NCBI GenBank assembly: GCA_964435345.1
Contig: CAYSZC010000001.1
Location: 1-33,295, forward strand
Source: an uncultured Thermotogaceae bacterium
GTDB lineage: Bacteria; Bipolaricaulota; Bipolaricaulia; Bipolaricaulales; Bipolaricaulaceae
DNA length: 33,295 bases
Reading direction: 5' to 3'
Part shown: positions 26,042 to 33,295 of the stretch, piece after piece
Layout of the letters: each line of letters opens with the position of its first letter
Position numbering within the stretch: position 1 is the stretch's first letter
Made by a program: the position numbers and the translations under genes
Notes under the pieces: generated by a model
What the model saw: the letters and a program-made list of their open reading frames with translations, nothing else
The model's database searches: none
Told to the model about the DNA's origin: nothing

Positions 26042-27469
26042 TTACCCGTGACCTCGAACGAGCCGGGCGGCGTGGGACAACGCCTCGTCCCGGGTCACAA
26101 TCTCGCCGGCGAGGATCCGCTCGTGGACGAGATTCAAGGCCTCCCCCAGCCGCGGCCCGGGGGAGAACCCCAGCGCCAGGAGATCGTCCCCGGTGAGAAG
26201 ATCCCGGGCGCGGCGGATCCCGTGGATCCGCCGGAGATGAACCAGGAGGCCCACCGAGCGAGAGACGAGGGGCAGCCAGGCGCTCGCCCGGTGCGCGCTC
26301 GCCTCGGCGTCGCAGATAACGAGGCGCAGGAGATCGCCGAACCAGGGGAACCTCCGCGCCAGATCCGGAAGCGGCGCTGCCTCGTCCTCTCCCACCCCCA
26401 GGAGCCGGACCTGTTTCCCCAGTCCCATCTCCGGCAGGCGGGCGACCCTCATGTGCTCCCGCACGAGGTGGGTGACCCACTCCACGTCTCTTTTGGCGAG
26501 ACGCAACCGGGCGAGCGCCTGCGCCGCGATCTCCGCCCCGAGCCCGCAGTGCCCACCCATGTTCTCCCCTCCCGACCGCACGAGCGCGGGGGGCTTCCCC
26601 ACGTCGTGGTAGAGCACGGCGAACTTGAACAAAGGATCGTCCCACAGGCCATCGGCCACCTTGAGGGCCGCCACCGTATGGGCAAGGACGTCCCCTTCGG
26701 GGTGATACTCCGGAGGCTGGGGCACGCCACGGAGGGCGGCGATCTCGGGGAGGACGGGCTCAAGAAGGCCCAACCGATCGAGGAGGAGGATCCCGTCCCC
26801 GGACCGAGGGGTGGCCAGGGTGCGGAGGATCTCGTCGCGGATTCGCTCCCACGACACGGCGGCGATCCGCGCAGCGTGGGTCCGGATCGCGGTCGCGGTG
26901 CGGTCCTCGATCGTGAACCCAAGCTGGCAGGCCAACCTCACCGCGCGGAGCATCCGCAGGCGGTCCTCGGCGAACCGCGCGTCCGGGTCCCCGATCGCCC
27001 GTAGCGTCCCGTCCATCAGGTCGGGGATCCCACCCACACGGTCCACCACCTCTCCCTCGGCCGTGGCGGCGAGGCCGTTCACCGTGAAGTCCCGGCGCTG
27101 CACATCCTGCTCCAGGGTCCCCCACTGCACCCGGTCGGGACGTCGCCCGTCGCTGTACTCGGCCTCGGTGCGGAAGGTCGCCACCTCGTACTGCTCGCCC
27201 CGGGGCGCGACGAGTACGACGACGCCGAAGCTCTCGCCCACAGACAGCGCACGCGAATCGGCGAACAGACGTGCCACCTCCGCCGGCGGGGCGGACGTGG
27301 CGATGTCCACGTCCTGGTTCGCGGGTCGCTCCCCGCGAAGCTCGGCGAGGATCGCATCGCGCACCACGCCCCCCACGAGGACGGCCGTATGCCCGGCCCC
27401 CCGGAGCCGACGCAAGATCTCCCCCGCGAACGGGTGTCCACGGAGCAGACTTTCCACGGGAATGCGCAC
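26042..27469 (-). CDS. cca: CCA tRNA nucleotidyltransferase (class II) with HD domain
   Basis: VGGVVRD, DVDIAT, flexible loop RTE-xx-YSDGRRP, RRDFTVN, EDRLRMLRAVR, HPEGDV...HDVGK. Confidence 0.92.
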   Translation of the reverse strand: MRIPVESLLRGHPFAGEILRRLRGAGHTAVLVGGVVRDAILAELRGERPANQDVDIATSAPPAEVARLFADSRALSVGESFGVVVLVAPRGEQYEVATFRTEAEYSDGRRPDRVQWGTLEQDVQRRDFTVNGLAATAEGEVVDRVGGIPDLMDGTLRAIGDPDARFAEDRLRMLRAVRLACQLGFTIEDRTATAIRTHAARIAAVSWERIRDEILRTLATPRSGDGILLLDRLGLLEPVLPEIAALRGVPQPPEYHPEGDVLAHTVAALKVADGLWDDPLFKFAVLYHDVGKPPALVRSGGENMGGHCGLGAEIAAQALARLRLAKRDVEWVTHLVREHMRVARLPEMGLGKQVRLLGVGEDEAAPLPDLARRFPWFGDLLRLVICDAEASAHRASAWLPLVSRSVGLLVHLRRIHGIRRARDLLTGDDLLALGFSPGPRLGEALNLVHERILAGEIVTRDEALSHAARLVRGHG

Positions 27470-27486
27470 GGCCGATTATCGTCCGC

Positions 27487-27515
27487 TTGCGGCCCGGGCG
27501 CACCAAGGCTAGGAT
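27487..27515 (+). promoter_or_regulatory. Putative sigma70 promoter of frr-atp
   Basis: TTGCGG (27487-27492), 17-nt spacer, TAGGAT (27510-27515), then SD GGAGG before ATG 27533. Confidence 0.55.
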
Positions 27516-27532
27516 TCGCCGCGGAGGGGCCT

Positions 27533-28090
27533 ATGGAACATGAACTACTGCTGGATGCACGGGGGCACATGGCGCGGACCCTGGAAGTGCTGCAGGGTGA
27601 GCTCATGAAGATCCACACCGGGCGGGCCAATCCGGTCCTCGTCGAGACGGTGGCGGTGGAGTACTACGGAACCCCCACGCCGTTGAAACACGTGGCGCAC
27701 GTGGTGGCGCCTGACCCTGACCTGATCGTGATTCGCCCGTTTGATCGCACCCAAATCCCGGCGATCGAGAAGGCGGTGCTCGGCGCCGACCTCGGCCTCA
27801 ATCCCCAAAACGATGGCCAGGTGATCCGGATCAAGGTCCCGAGACTATCCGAGGAACGGCGGAACGAACTCGTCAAGCTCGTCGGGAAGCGCGCCGAGGA
27901 GGCGAAGATCGCGCTCCGCAACATCCGGAGGGACGTGCGGGAGAAGCTCGATCAGGAGAAGAAGGACGGGCGCATTGCGGAGGACGCCCTGTTCCGGCTT
28001 CGCGAAGAATTGGATGCGGTCACGACCGAGCACACCAAGAAGGCGGACGGGCTCGTGGAGAAGAAGGCCCAAGAGATGCGCACCCTGTAG
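27533..28090 (+). CDS. frr: Ribosome recycling factor
   Basis: TGRANP, VEYYG-x-PTPL, LGLNPQNDG, LSEERR, ALRNIRRD; 185 aa from ATG 27533. Confidence 0.97.
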   Translation: MEHELLLDARGHMARTLEVLQGELMKIHTGRANPVLVETVAVEYYGTPTPLKHVAHVVAPDPDLIVIRPFDRTQIPAIEKAVLGADLGLNPQNDGQVIRIKVPRLSEERRNELVKLVGKRAEEAKIALRNIRRDVREKLDQEKKDGRIAEDALFRLREELDAVTTEHTKKADGLVEKKAQEMRTL

Positions 28091-28094
28091 ACCC

Positions 28095-28448
28095 ATGGTG
28101 CGCCACGCGATCTGGGTCGGGATGAGGGAAAGCGTGTGGCTGGCCCTGCCCGTGGCGCTGGGTCTTCTTGCCCTGGGGTGGGAGTGGTCGGTCGGCCTGC
28201 TGTGGGGACTGGCGGCGGTTGGCGCGGGCCGCCTCGTGCGGTGGGGACTCCTCACCGTGATGCTGCGCGAGGGTGGGACAGGGGTTACGGCAGGATTATC
28301 CGGGTTTGCCCGACATCTCTTCATCGCGTTGTTCGCGGCAGGGGGAATTTGGGCCGGGCTTCCGCCCCTCGCCGTCGCGGGGGGGCTCCTCGTCCCCACG
28401 CTCGGGAGATGGATCTGGACGGTAAGACTTGTTCGAGCGCTTAGGTAA
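28095..28448 (+). CDS. atpI: Small hydrophobic membrane protein, probable ATP synthase protein I
   Basis: About four hydrophobic segments with a central Arg (FARHL), directly upstream of atpB; start uncertain. Confidence 0.6.
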   Translation: MVRHAIWVGMRESVWLALPVALGLLALGWEWSVGLLWGLAAVGAGRLVRWGLLTVMLREGGTGVTAGLSGFARHLFIALFAAGGIWAGLPPLAVAGGLLVPTLGRWIWTVRLVRALR

Positions 28449-29178
28449 AGAACTCGCCCTCCGGTTCTCGATCGGAGGGATCGAGATCTCGTTCAACCTG
28501 GTCGTGCTCGCGGTGGCGACAGGGGTGTCCGTCGGCCTCGTGCTCCTCGCGCTGTGGCTGCGGCGGGGACTCCCGCGCGACCCCGACGCCCCGCTCTCCC
28601 GACGGGCCGCCGTCCTCGCCGCAACGATAGATATATTCGAGAACCAGCTCCTGGGGGGCATCTCCCCGCGCCTGGTCCGGCGGCTCCTCCCGCTGGTCGT
28701 CACCCTGTTCTTCTACGTGCTCCTCTGCAACTGGGCGGGCGTCTTGCCCATCCCGTACATCGTCTCGCCGACCCAGGACCTGAACGTGCCGTTGGGCATG
28801 GCGCTCATGGTGTACGGCCTGACCCACTACTACGGGATCCGCACGAAGGGCCTCTGCCGGCACCTCAAGGGGTACCTCGAGCCGTTCCCGTTCCTCCTCC
28901 CCCTGAACATCATCGGCGATTTCGGGCGCACGCTTTCCCACGGGTTCCGTCTGTTTGGAAACATCTTGGGAGGAGCGATTCTCATGATCGTGGCACCCAT
29001 CGTTGGGTTGAGGATCTTCGAGGTGGCGGTGCCGGTGATCGGGACCGCCCTCGGCTGGGCGGGACGGATCCCCCTCGCTCTGGGACTCAACGCGTGGTTC
29101 GGGTTGGCCATGGGCGCGATCCAAGCGCTCGTGTTCACACTGCTTGCGGTGGCATACATCCAAACCACCGCAGACTAG
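28429..29178 (+). CDS. atpB: F0 ATP synthase subunit a
   Basis: SPT-x-DLN, PLNII, LS-x-GFRLFGNI (essential Arg), IQALVFTLL. Confidence 0.96.
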   Translation: MFERLGKELALRFSIGGIEISFNLVVLAVATGVSVGLVLLALWLRRGLPRDPDAPLSRRAAVLAATIDIFENQLLGGISPRLVRRLLPLVVTLFFYVLLCNWAGVLPIPYIVSPTQDLNVPLGMALMVYGLTHYYGIRTKGLCRHLKGYLEPFPFLLPLNIIGDFGRTLSHGFRLFGNILGGAILMIVAPIVGLRIFEVAVPVIGTALGWAGRIPLALGLNAWFGLAMGAIQALVFTLLAVAYIQTTAD

Positions 29179-29187
29179 GAGGTCAGA

Positions 29188-29430
29188 ATGGATCCAGAAG
29201 CGATCGTAGCGGCGGCGAAGTACCTGGCGGCCGGGATCTGTATGGGCCTCGGGGCGATCGGACCCGCGCTGGGCGAAGGGATCATCGGTGCCCACGCCCT
29301 GGACGCGATGGCCCGTCAACCGGAGATGGCCAACACCCTCCTCCGGACGATGGTGATCGCGGATGCCATCGCCGAGACGACGGGCATCTACTCGTTTGTG
29401 GTGGCCCTCGTCCTCATCTTCGTGGTCTAG
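29188..29430 (+). CDS. atpE: F0 ATP synthase subunit c, Na+-binding signature
   Basis: GLGAIGPALGEG, ARQPE loop, AETTGIY; SD GGAGG. Confidence 0.97.
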   Translation: MDPEAIVAAAKYLAAGICMGLGAIGPALGEGIIGAHALDAMARQPEMANTLLRTMVIADAIAETTGIYSFVVALVLIFVV

Positions 29431-29439
29431 GAGGGGACC

Positions 29440-29955
29440 GTGACGTTGGAGTGGGGCACGATCGTCAGGAACCTGAACTGGACGCTCGTCTTCAACCTCG
29501 TCAACTTCGCCCTGCTCGTGTGGCTCCTCAAGCGGTTCCTGTACAAGCCGGCGCTCGCCTGGCTCGATCGCCGGCGCGAACTCGAGGAGCAGCGGCTCCA
29601 CCGCGCCCAGGAGGCTCAAGCCCAGGCCGAGGTTCTGCTCCAGGAGCGGGAAGCCCTGCTGGCCGAGGCGAATCGGCGGGCCCGGGAGATCGTGGCCCAG
29701 GCGGAAGCAGAAACCCAGGGGATTCTCCGCGACGCGCGGCGGGAGGCGCGTACGCAGGTCCAAGCAATCCTCGCCGAGGGGGAGACGGCGGCGGCCCGCC
29801 TCCAGAAAGACGCGCTGGCCGATCTGCGCGACTCCTACGCCGAACTCGTGGTGCTCGGGGCGTCCCAGGTCCTCTCCCGCGAGGTACGGCCCGCGGACCA
29901 TCGTCGTCTGCTCGAGGAACTCACGGCCCGGGTGGACGCGCGGCTCCTCCAGTAG
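29440..29955 (+). CDS. atpF: F0 ATP synthase subunit b
   Basis: N-terminal TM NF-x-LL-x-WLLKRFLYKP followed by a long Ala/Glu/Arg coiled coil. Confidence 0.94.
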   Translation: MTLEWGTIVRNLNWTLVFNLVNFALLVWLLKRFLYKPALAWLDRRRELEEQRLHRAQEAQAQAEVLLQEREALLAEANRRAREIVAQAEAETQGILRDARREARTQVQAILAEGETAAARLQKDALADLRDSYAELVVLGASQVLSREVRPADHRRLLEELTARVDARLLQ

Positions 29956-29957
29956 CC

Positions 29958-30497
29958 ATGGCCGAGCCTGACGTGACCCGAACGTACGCCCGCGCCCTGT
30001 ACGAGGTCGCGGCCGCGCAAGGTCTGGAGAAGCGAATCTCCCACGACCTGACCCTTGTTCGCGATCTGTGGCAAAGCGACCTCGAGTTCACCCAGCCGTT
30101 CCTCGTCCACCCCTTGATCCGTGCCGAGGACAAGGAAGCGGCCCTAGACCGGGCCCTTGGCTCAGTCGTGCACCCGCATACCCTGAACCTGCTGCGGCTC
30201 CTCGTGCGCCGGGGGAGGGCAGATCTCATCCCTCGCCTGTCCCCAGCGTTCTTCCAGGAGCAGGAGGACGAGGGGAAGGCCTTCCACGTGCTCGCCCGCA
30301 CCGCCCGACCGTTTTCGCCCGAGGAGGTGGCCAGCCTACAAGACCGCTTGGCCGAGAACCTGGGACGGCCTGTGACGATCGAGGAAGTGGCGGCGCCGGA
30401 CCTCCTGGCAGGGGTCGAACTCGCCGTGTCCGGCCGCCGCCTCGACACCTCGCTGCGCGGACGCCTGGCCGAACTCATGACCCAACTAAGGGGGTAG
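29958..30497 (+). CDS. atpH: F1 ATP synthase subunit delta
   Basis: YARALYE, NLLRLLVRRGR, LLAG...D-x-SLRGRL; ATG at 29958. Confidence 0.93.
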   Translation: MAEPDVTRTYARALYEVAAAQGLEKRISHDLTLVRDLWQSDLEFTQPFLVHPLIRAEDKEAALDRALGSVVHPHTLNLLRLLVRRGRADLIPRLSPAFFQEQEDEGKAFHVLARTARPFSPEEVASLQDRLAENLGRPVTIEEVAAPDLLAGVELAVSGRRLDTSLRGRLAELMTQLRG

Positions 30498-30500
30498 ACG

Positions 30501-32009
30501 ATGAGCCCACGCAAAGACGAGATCGCGGCCATCATCAAGAAGCAGATCCAAGAACTCGACGTTGACCTGCGGATGGAAGAGGTCGGCGTGGTGGTGGAGG
30601 TGGGCGACGGGATCGCCCGGGTGTGGGGACTGCGGTCGGCGATGGCGTCAGAACTCCTCCTCTTCCCGGGAGAGGTTCATGGGCTGGTGTTGGATCTCGC
30701 CGTGGACTCCGTGGGGGTGGCGATCCTCGGGTCGGACCGCGGGATCAAAGAAGGGGACGAGGTGCGGCGCACCGGGCAAGTACTTGCCACCCCGGTCGGG
30801 AAGGGATTCCTGGGGCGGGTGGTGAACCCGCTCGGGGCCCCGTTGGACGGGGGAGACCCGATCGAGCCGGAGGGGCACCGCAAGACCGACGACAAGGCCC
30901 CCGGCGTGATCGCGCGCCAGCCGGTGAACACCCCTCTCCAGACCGGGATCAAGTGCATTGACGCCCTGACCCCGATCGGCCGCGGCCAGCGCGAGCTCCT
31001 GATCGGCGACCGGCGTACCGGAAAGACCGCGATCGCCCTGGACACGATCATCAACCAGAAGGGCCAGGACGTGTACTGCATCTACGTGGCGATCGGCCAG
31101 AAGTCCTCGACCATCGCCAAGGCCGTGGACGCCCTGCGTCGGCACGAGGCATTGGATCACACGATCGTTGTGGCGGCGGCAGCGGAGGATCCGACCCCGT
31201 TACAGTACATCGCCCCCTACGCCGGCTGTGCGATGGGCGAGTACTTCCGGGACCAGGGCGAGGACGCCCTCGTGATCTACGACGACTTGAGCAAGCACGC
31301 GGTCGCCTACCGCGAGATCTCGCTCCTGCTGCGGCGCCCGCCCGGGCGGGAGGCCTACCCGGGGGACATCTTCTACACCCACTCCCGCCTGCTAGAGCGG
31401 GCGGCGCGAATGGCCGACGAGCGCGGCGGGGGCTCGCTCACCGCGATCCCCGTCGTGGAGACGAAGGCCGGCGACATCACCGCCTACATCTCGACGAACC
31501 TCATCTCCATCACCGACGGCCAAATCTACCTTGAAGCCGATCTGTTCAACAAAGGCCAGCGCCCAGCGATGAACGTGGGCCTGTCCGTGTCGCGGGTGGG
31601 GGGGGCGGCGCAAGTCCCGGCGATGAAGGAGGTCGCCGGACAGCTCCGCCTAGAACTCGCCCAATACCGGGACCTCGCGGCGTTCGCGGAGTTCGCCCAG
31701 GAGCTGGACGAGGCGTCCCAGGCCCAGCTCGCCCGCGGCCAGCGAGTGATGGAGATCCTGAACCAAGATCAATACCATCCGCTGCCGGTGGAGGCCCAGG
31801 TCGTGATCCTCTACGCCGCGGTGGGCGGACACCTCGACGCCGTGCCCGTGGACGCGATTCGACCCTTCGAACGGGGGTTCTTCGCGTTCCTCGAGGAACG
31901 GTACCCGCAGGTTCTGGAGGCGCTACGCCAGGAACGGCGCCTCAGCGACGGGGTGCGCACCGGGTTGGAGGAAGCCCTGGCCAAGTTCCGGGAAGGGTTC
32001 AGGGCCTGA
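30501..32009 (+). CDS. atpA: F1 ATP synthase subunit alpha
   Basis: [22 protein letters not shown]-x-[31 protein letters not shown]. Confidence 0.99.
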   Translation: MSPRKDEIAAIIKKQIQELDVDLRMEEVGVVVEVGDGIARVWGLRSAMASELLLFPGEVHGLVLDLAVDSVGVAILGSDRGIKEGDEVRRTGQVLATPVGKGFLGRVVNPLGAPLDGGDPIEPEGHRKTDDKAPGVIARQPVNTPLQTGIKCIDALTPIGRGQRELLIGDRRTGKTAIALDTIINQKGQDVYCIYVAIGQKSSTIAKAVDALRRHEALDHTIVVAAAAEDPTPLQYIAPYAGCAMGEYFRDQGEDALVIYDDLSKHAVAYREISLLLRRPPGREAYPGDIFYTHSRLLERAARMADERGGGSLTAIPVVETKAGDITAYISTNLISITDGQIYLEADLFNKGQRPAMNVGLSVSRVGGAAQVPAMKEVAGQLRLELAQYRDLAAFAEFAQELDEASQAQLARGQRVMEILNQDQYHPLPVEAQVVILYAAVGGHLDAVPVDAIRPFERGFFAFLEERYPQVLEALRQERRLSDGVRTGLEEALAKFREGFRA

Positions 32010-32860
32010 TGGGCGCCCGGGTCCGTCAGATCCGCCGCCGGATCGGAAACGTCCGCCACGTGCGGCAGATCACCAAGGCGATGTACACGATCGCCGCGAC
32101 CCAGGTCATCCAACGAAAGCGAGCCTTGTTCGCGGCGCGGCCGTACGCGGAGGCCGCCCGAACCGTCCTCTCCGATCTCGCCGCCACCGCGCACCAAGAG
32201 GGCCTGACCGATCCCCTGATCCACGGGGTGGGACGAACGGGAACGGCGGTGCTCGTGATCAACTCCGACCGCGGCCTGTGCGGCCGGTACGTGGGCGAGG
32301 TGAACCGCGCCGCGGCCCAGGTCGCCCGGGAAAAGGAGGGAGCGCAGCTCCTCGCCGGCGGGGACAAGGCCCACCACCACTTCCGTCGCGGGCCATGGCC
32401 CCTCGTCAAGAGCTACGTGCACGCCTACGATCGTCCGACCGTGGAGATCGCCCGGGCGATCCGGGACGACCTCCTCGCCCTCTACGGAGGCGAGGTCGGG
32501 GAGGCGTACGTTGTGTACACGTACTTCCGGGGAGAGCTCGCCCAGCAGGTGCGGGTAGAGCAGCTGCTCCCGCTGGACCTACCTCCTGGGACACCCCAAG
32601 ATCTCCTCGTCGAGCCCGCGCTTTCGACCGTTTTGGCTGAGCTGGCCAGGCAGTACCTCGTGGGGCGGATCCTGGGGATTCTGCACGAGGCCAAGGCCTC
32701 GGAGCACGCCATCCGCCGCCAGGCGATGAAGGCAGCCACGGACAACGCCGACGATCTCCTGGACAAACTCACCCTGAGCTACAATAAGGCCCGGCAGCAC
32801 CGGATCACCACCGAGCTCGCCGACATCATGGGGGGCGCGGAGGCCCTGCGGGAGGAGTGA
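32009..32860 (+). CDS. atpG: F1 ATP synthase subunit gamma
   Basis: QITKAM, SDRGLCG, ASEH-xx-R-xx-AM-xx-ATDNA, YNKARQ-xx-IT-x-EL. Confidence 0.97.
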   Translation: MGARVRQIRRRIGNVRHVRQITKAMYTIAATQVIQRKRALFAARPYAEAARTVLSDLAATAHQEGLTDPLIHGVGRTGTAVLVINSDRGLCGRYVGEVNRAAAQVAREKEGAQLLAGGDKAHHHFRRGPWPLVKSYVHAYDRPTVEIARAIRDDLLALYGGEVGEAYVVYTYFRGELAQQVRVEQLLPLDLPPGTPQDLLVEPALSTVLAELARQYLVGRILGILHEAKASEHAIRRQAMKAATDNADDLLDKLTLSYNKARQHRITTELADIMGGAEALREE

Positions 32861-33295
32861 TGCCGAACAACAACCGACAAGCCGGCTCGATCCTGACCAT
32901 CCGTGGTCCGGTGGTGGACGTCCAATTCCCCCCCGGCCACCTCCCGCCGCTGCGGCAGGCCCTGCGCATCGCGCGGGAGGGGGGCGACCTCGTCCTCGAG
33001 GTGGCCCAACACCTGGGGGACTCGGCGGTGCGCGCGATCGCGATGGACTCCACCGACGGCCTGCGACGGGCGGACAAGGTGCTGGACACCGGGGGGCCGA
33101 TCGCGGTCCCGGTCGGGCCGGAGACCCTCGGGCGGATGTTCGACCTCACCGGCCAGCCGATTGACGAACAACCTCCGCCCCCAACGAAGAAGACCTACCC
33201 CATCCACCGCGAGTCCCCTCCCTTGACCGACCTCACGGTGGAGGACGAGGTGCTGGAGACAGGGATCAAGGTCCTCGACCTGACCGCTCCGATCC
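32860..33295 (+). CDS. atpD: F1 ATP synthase subunit beta (5' part, runs off the window)
   Basis: Hand translation from ATG 32860: GPVVDVQF, LVLEVAQHLGD, VRAIAMDSTDGL, VPVG-x-ETLGR, LETGIKVLDL. Confidence 0.96.
   Translation, partial: MPNNNRQAGSILTIRGPVVDVQFPPGHLPPLRQALRIAREGGDLVLEVAQHLGDSAVRAIAMDSTDGLRRADKVLDTGGPIAVPVGPETLGRMFDLTGQPIDEQPPPPTKKTYPIHRESPPLTDLTVEDEVLETGIKVLDLTAPI

Noticed and set aside
24840-27004. 601-aa and 712-aa ORFs overlapping cca and the ATPase
   Set aside because: Low-complexity Arg/Gly/Pro alternative or antisense frames over genes with clear motifs
28554-29957. Apparent 647-aa N-terminally extended atpH (possible b-delta fusion)
   Set aside because: The extension is an off-frame read of atpB/E/F; atpF has its own stop at 29955 and delta starts at 29958
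28095-33295. N-ATPase operon
   Set aside because: Gene order is IBEFHAGD with a separate delta; N-ATPases run DCQRBEFAG
1-33295. tRNA, rRNA, CRISPR array or IS element
   Set aside because: Intergenic gaps are all short (under about 130 nt) and none shows a cloverleaf, repeat-spacer periodicity, transposase or terminal inverted repeats

Overview
GC-rich bacterial core-genome window with two divergent gene blocks that meet at a 63-bp intergenic region (27470-27532). The minus strand carries cca, a DUF87/HerA-like ATPase, hpf, a degenerate ThiI-like/NFACT-R protein, an FmdB zinc ribbon, rpoC, then a fused str-S10-spc-alpha ribosomal superoperon (rpsL to rplQ) ending in ridA. The plus strand carries frr followed by an F-type ATP synthase operon (atpIBEFHAG, atpD truncated by the window edge). 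No rRNA, tRNA, CRISPR array or mobile element was recognised. The housekeeping genes show many departures from the usual pattern: rpoC has no rpoB in front and carries several large insertions, tuf and rpmD are absent from their usual slots, the str-operon EF-G has an altered domain IV tip, uS11 lacks its C-terminal tail, uL2 and uL3 loops near the peptidyl transferase centre are altered, frr heads the atp operon, and the c subunit has a Na+-binding signature. The best candidates for undescribed biology are the orphan HerA-like ATPase and the PP-loop pseudoenzyme in the cca-hpf-rpoC block. Thermotoga-like AtpE and RpoC in a high-GC genome suggest a deep-branching lineage such as Ca. Bipolaricaulota (inference, not verified). 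All family assignments and reference-motif comparisons are from recalled motifs; no database searches were run.
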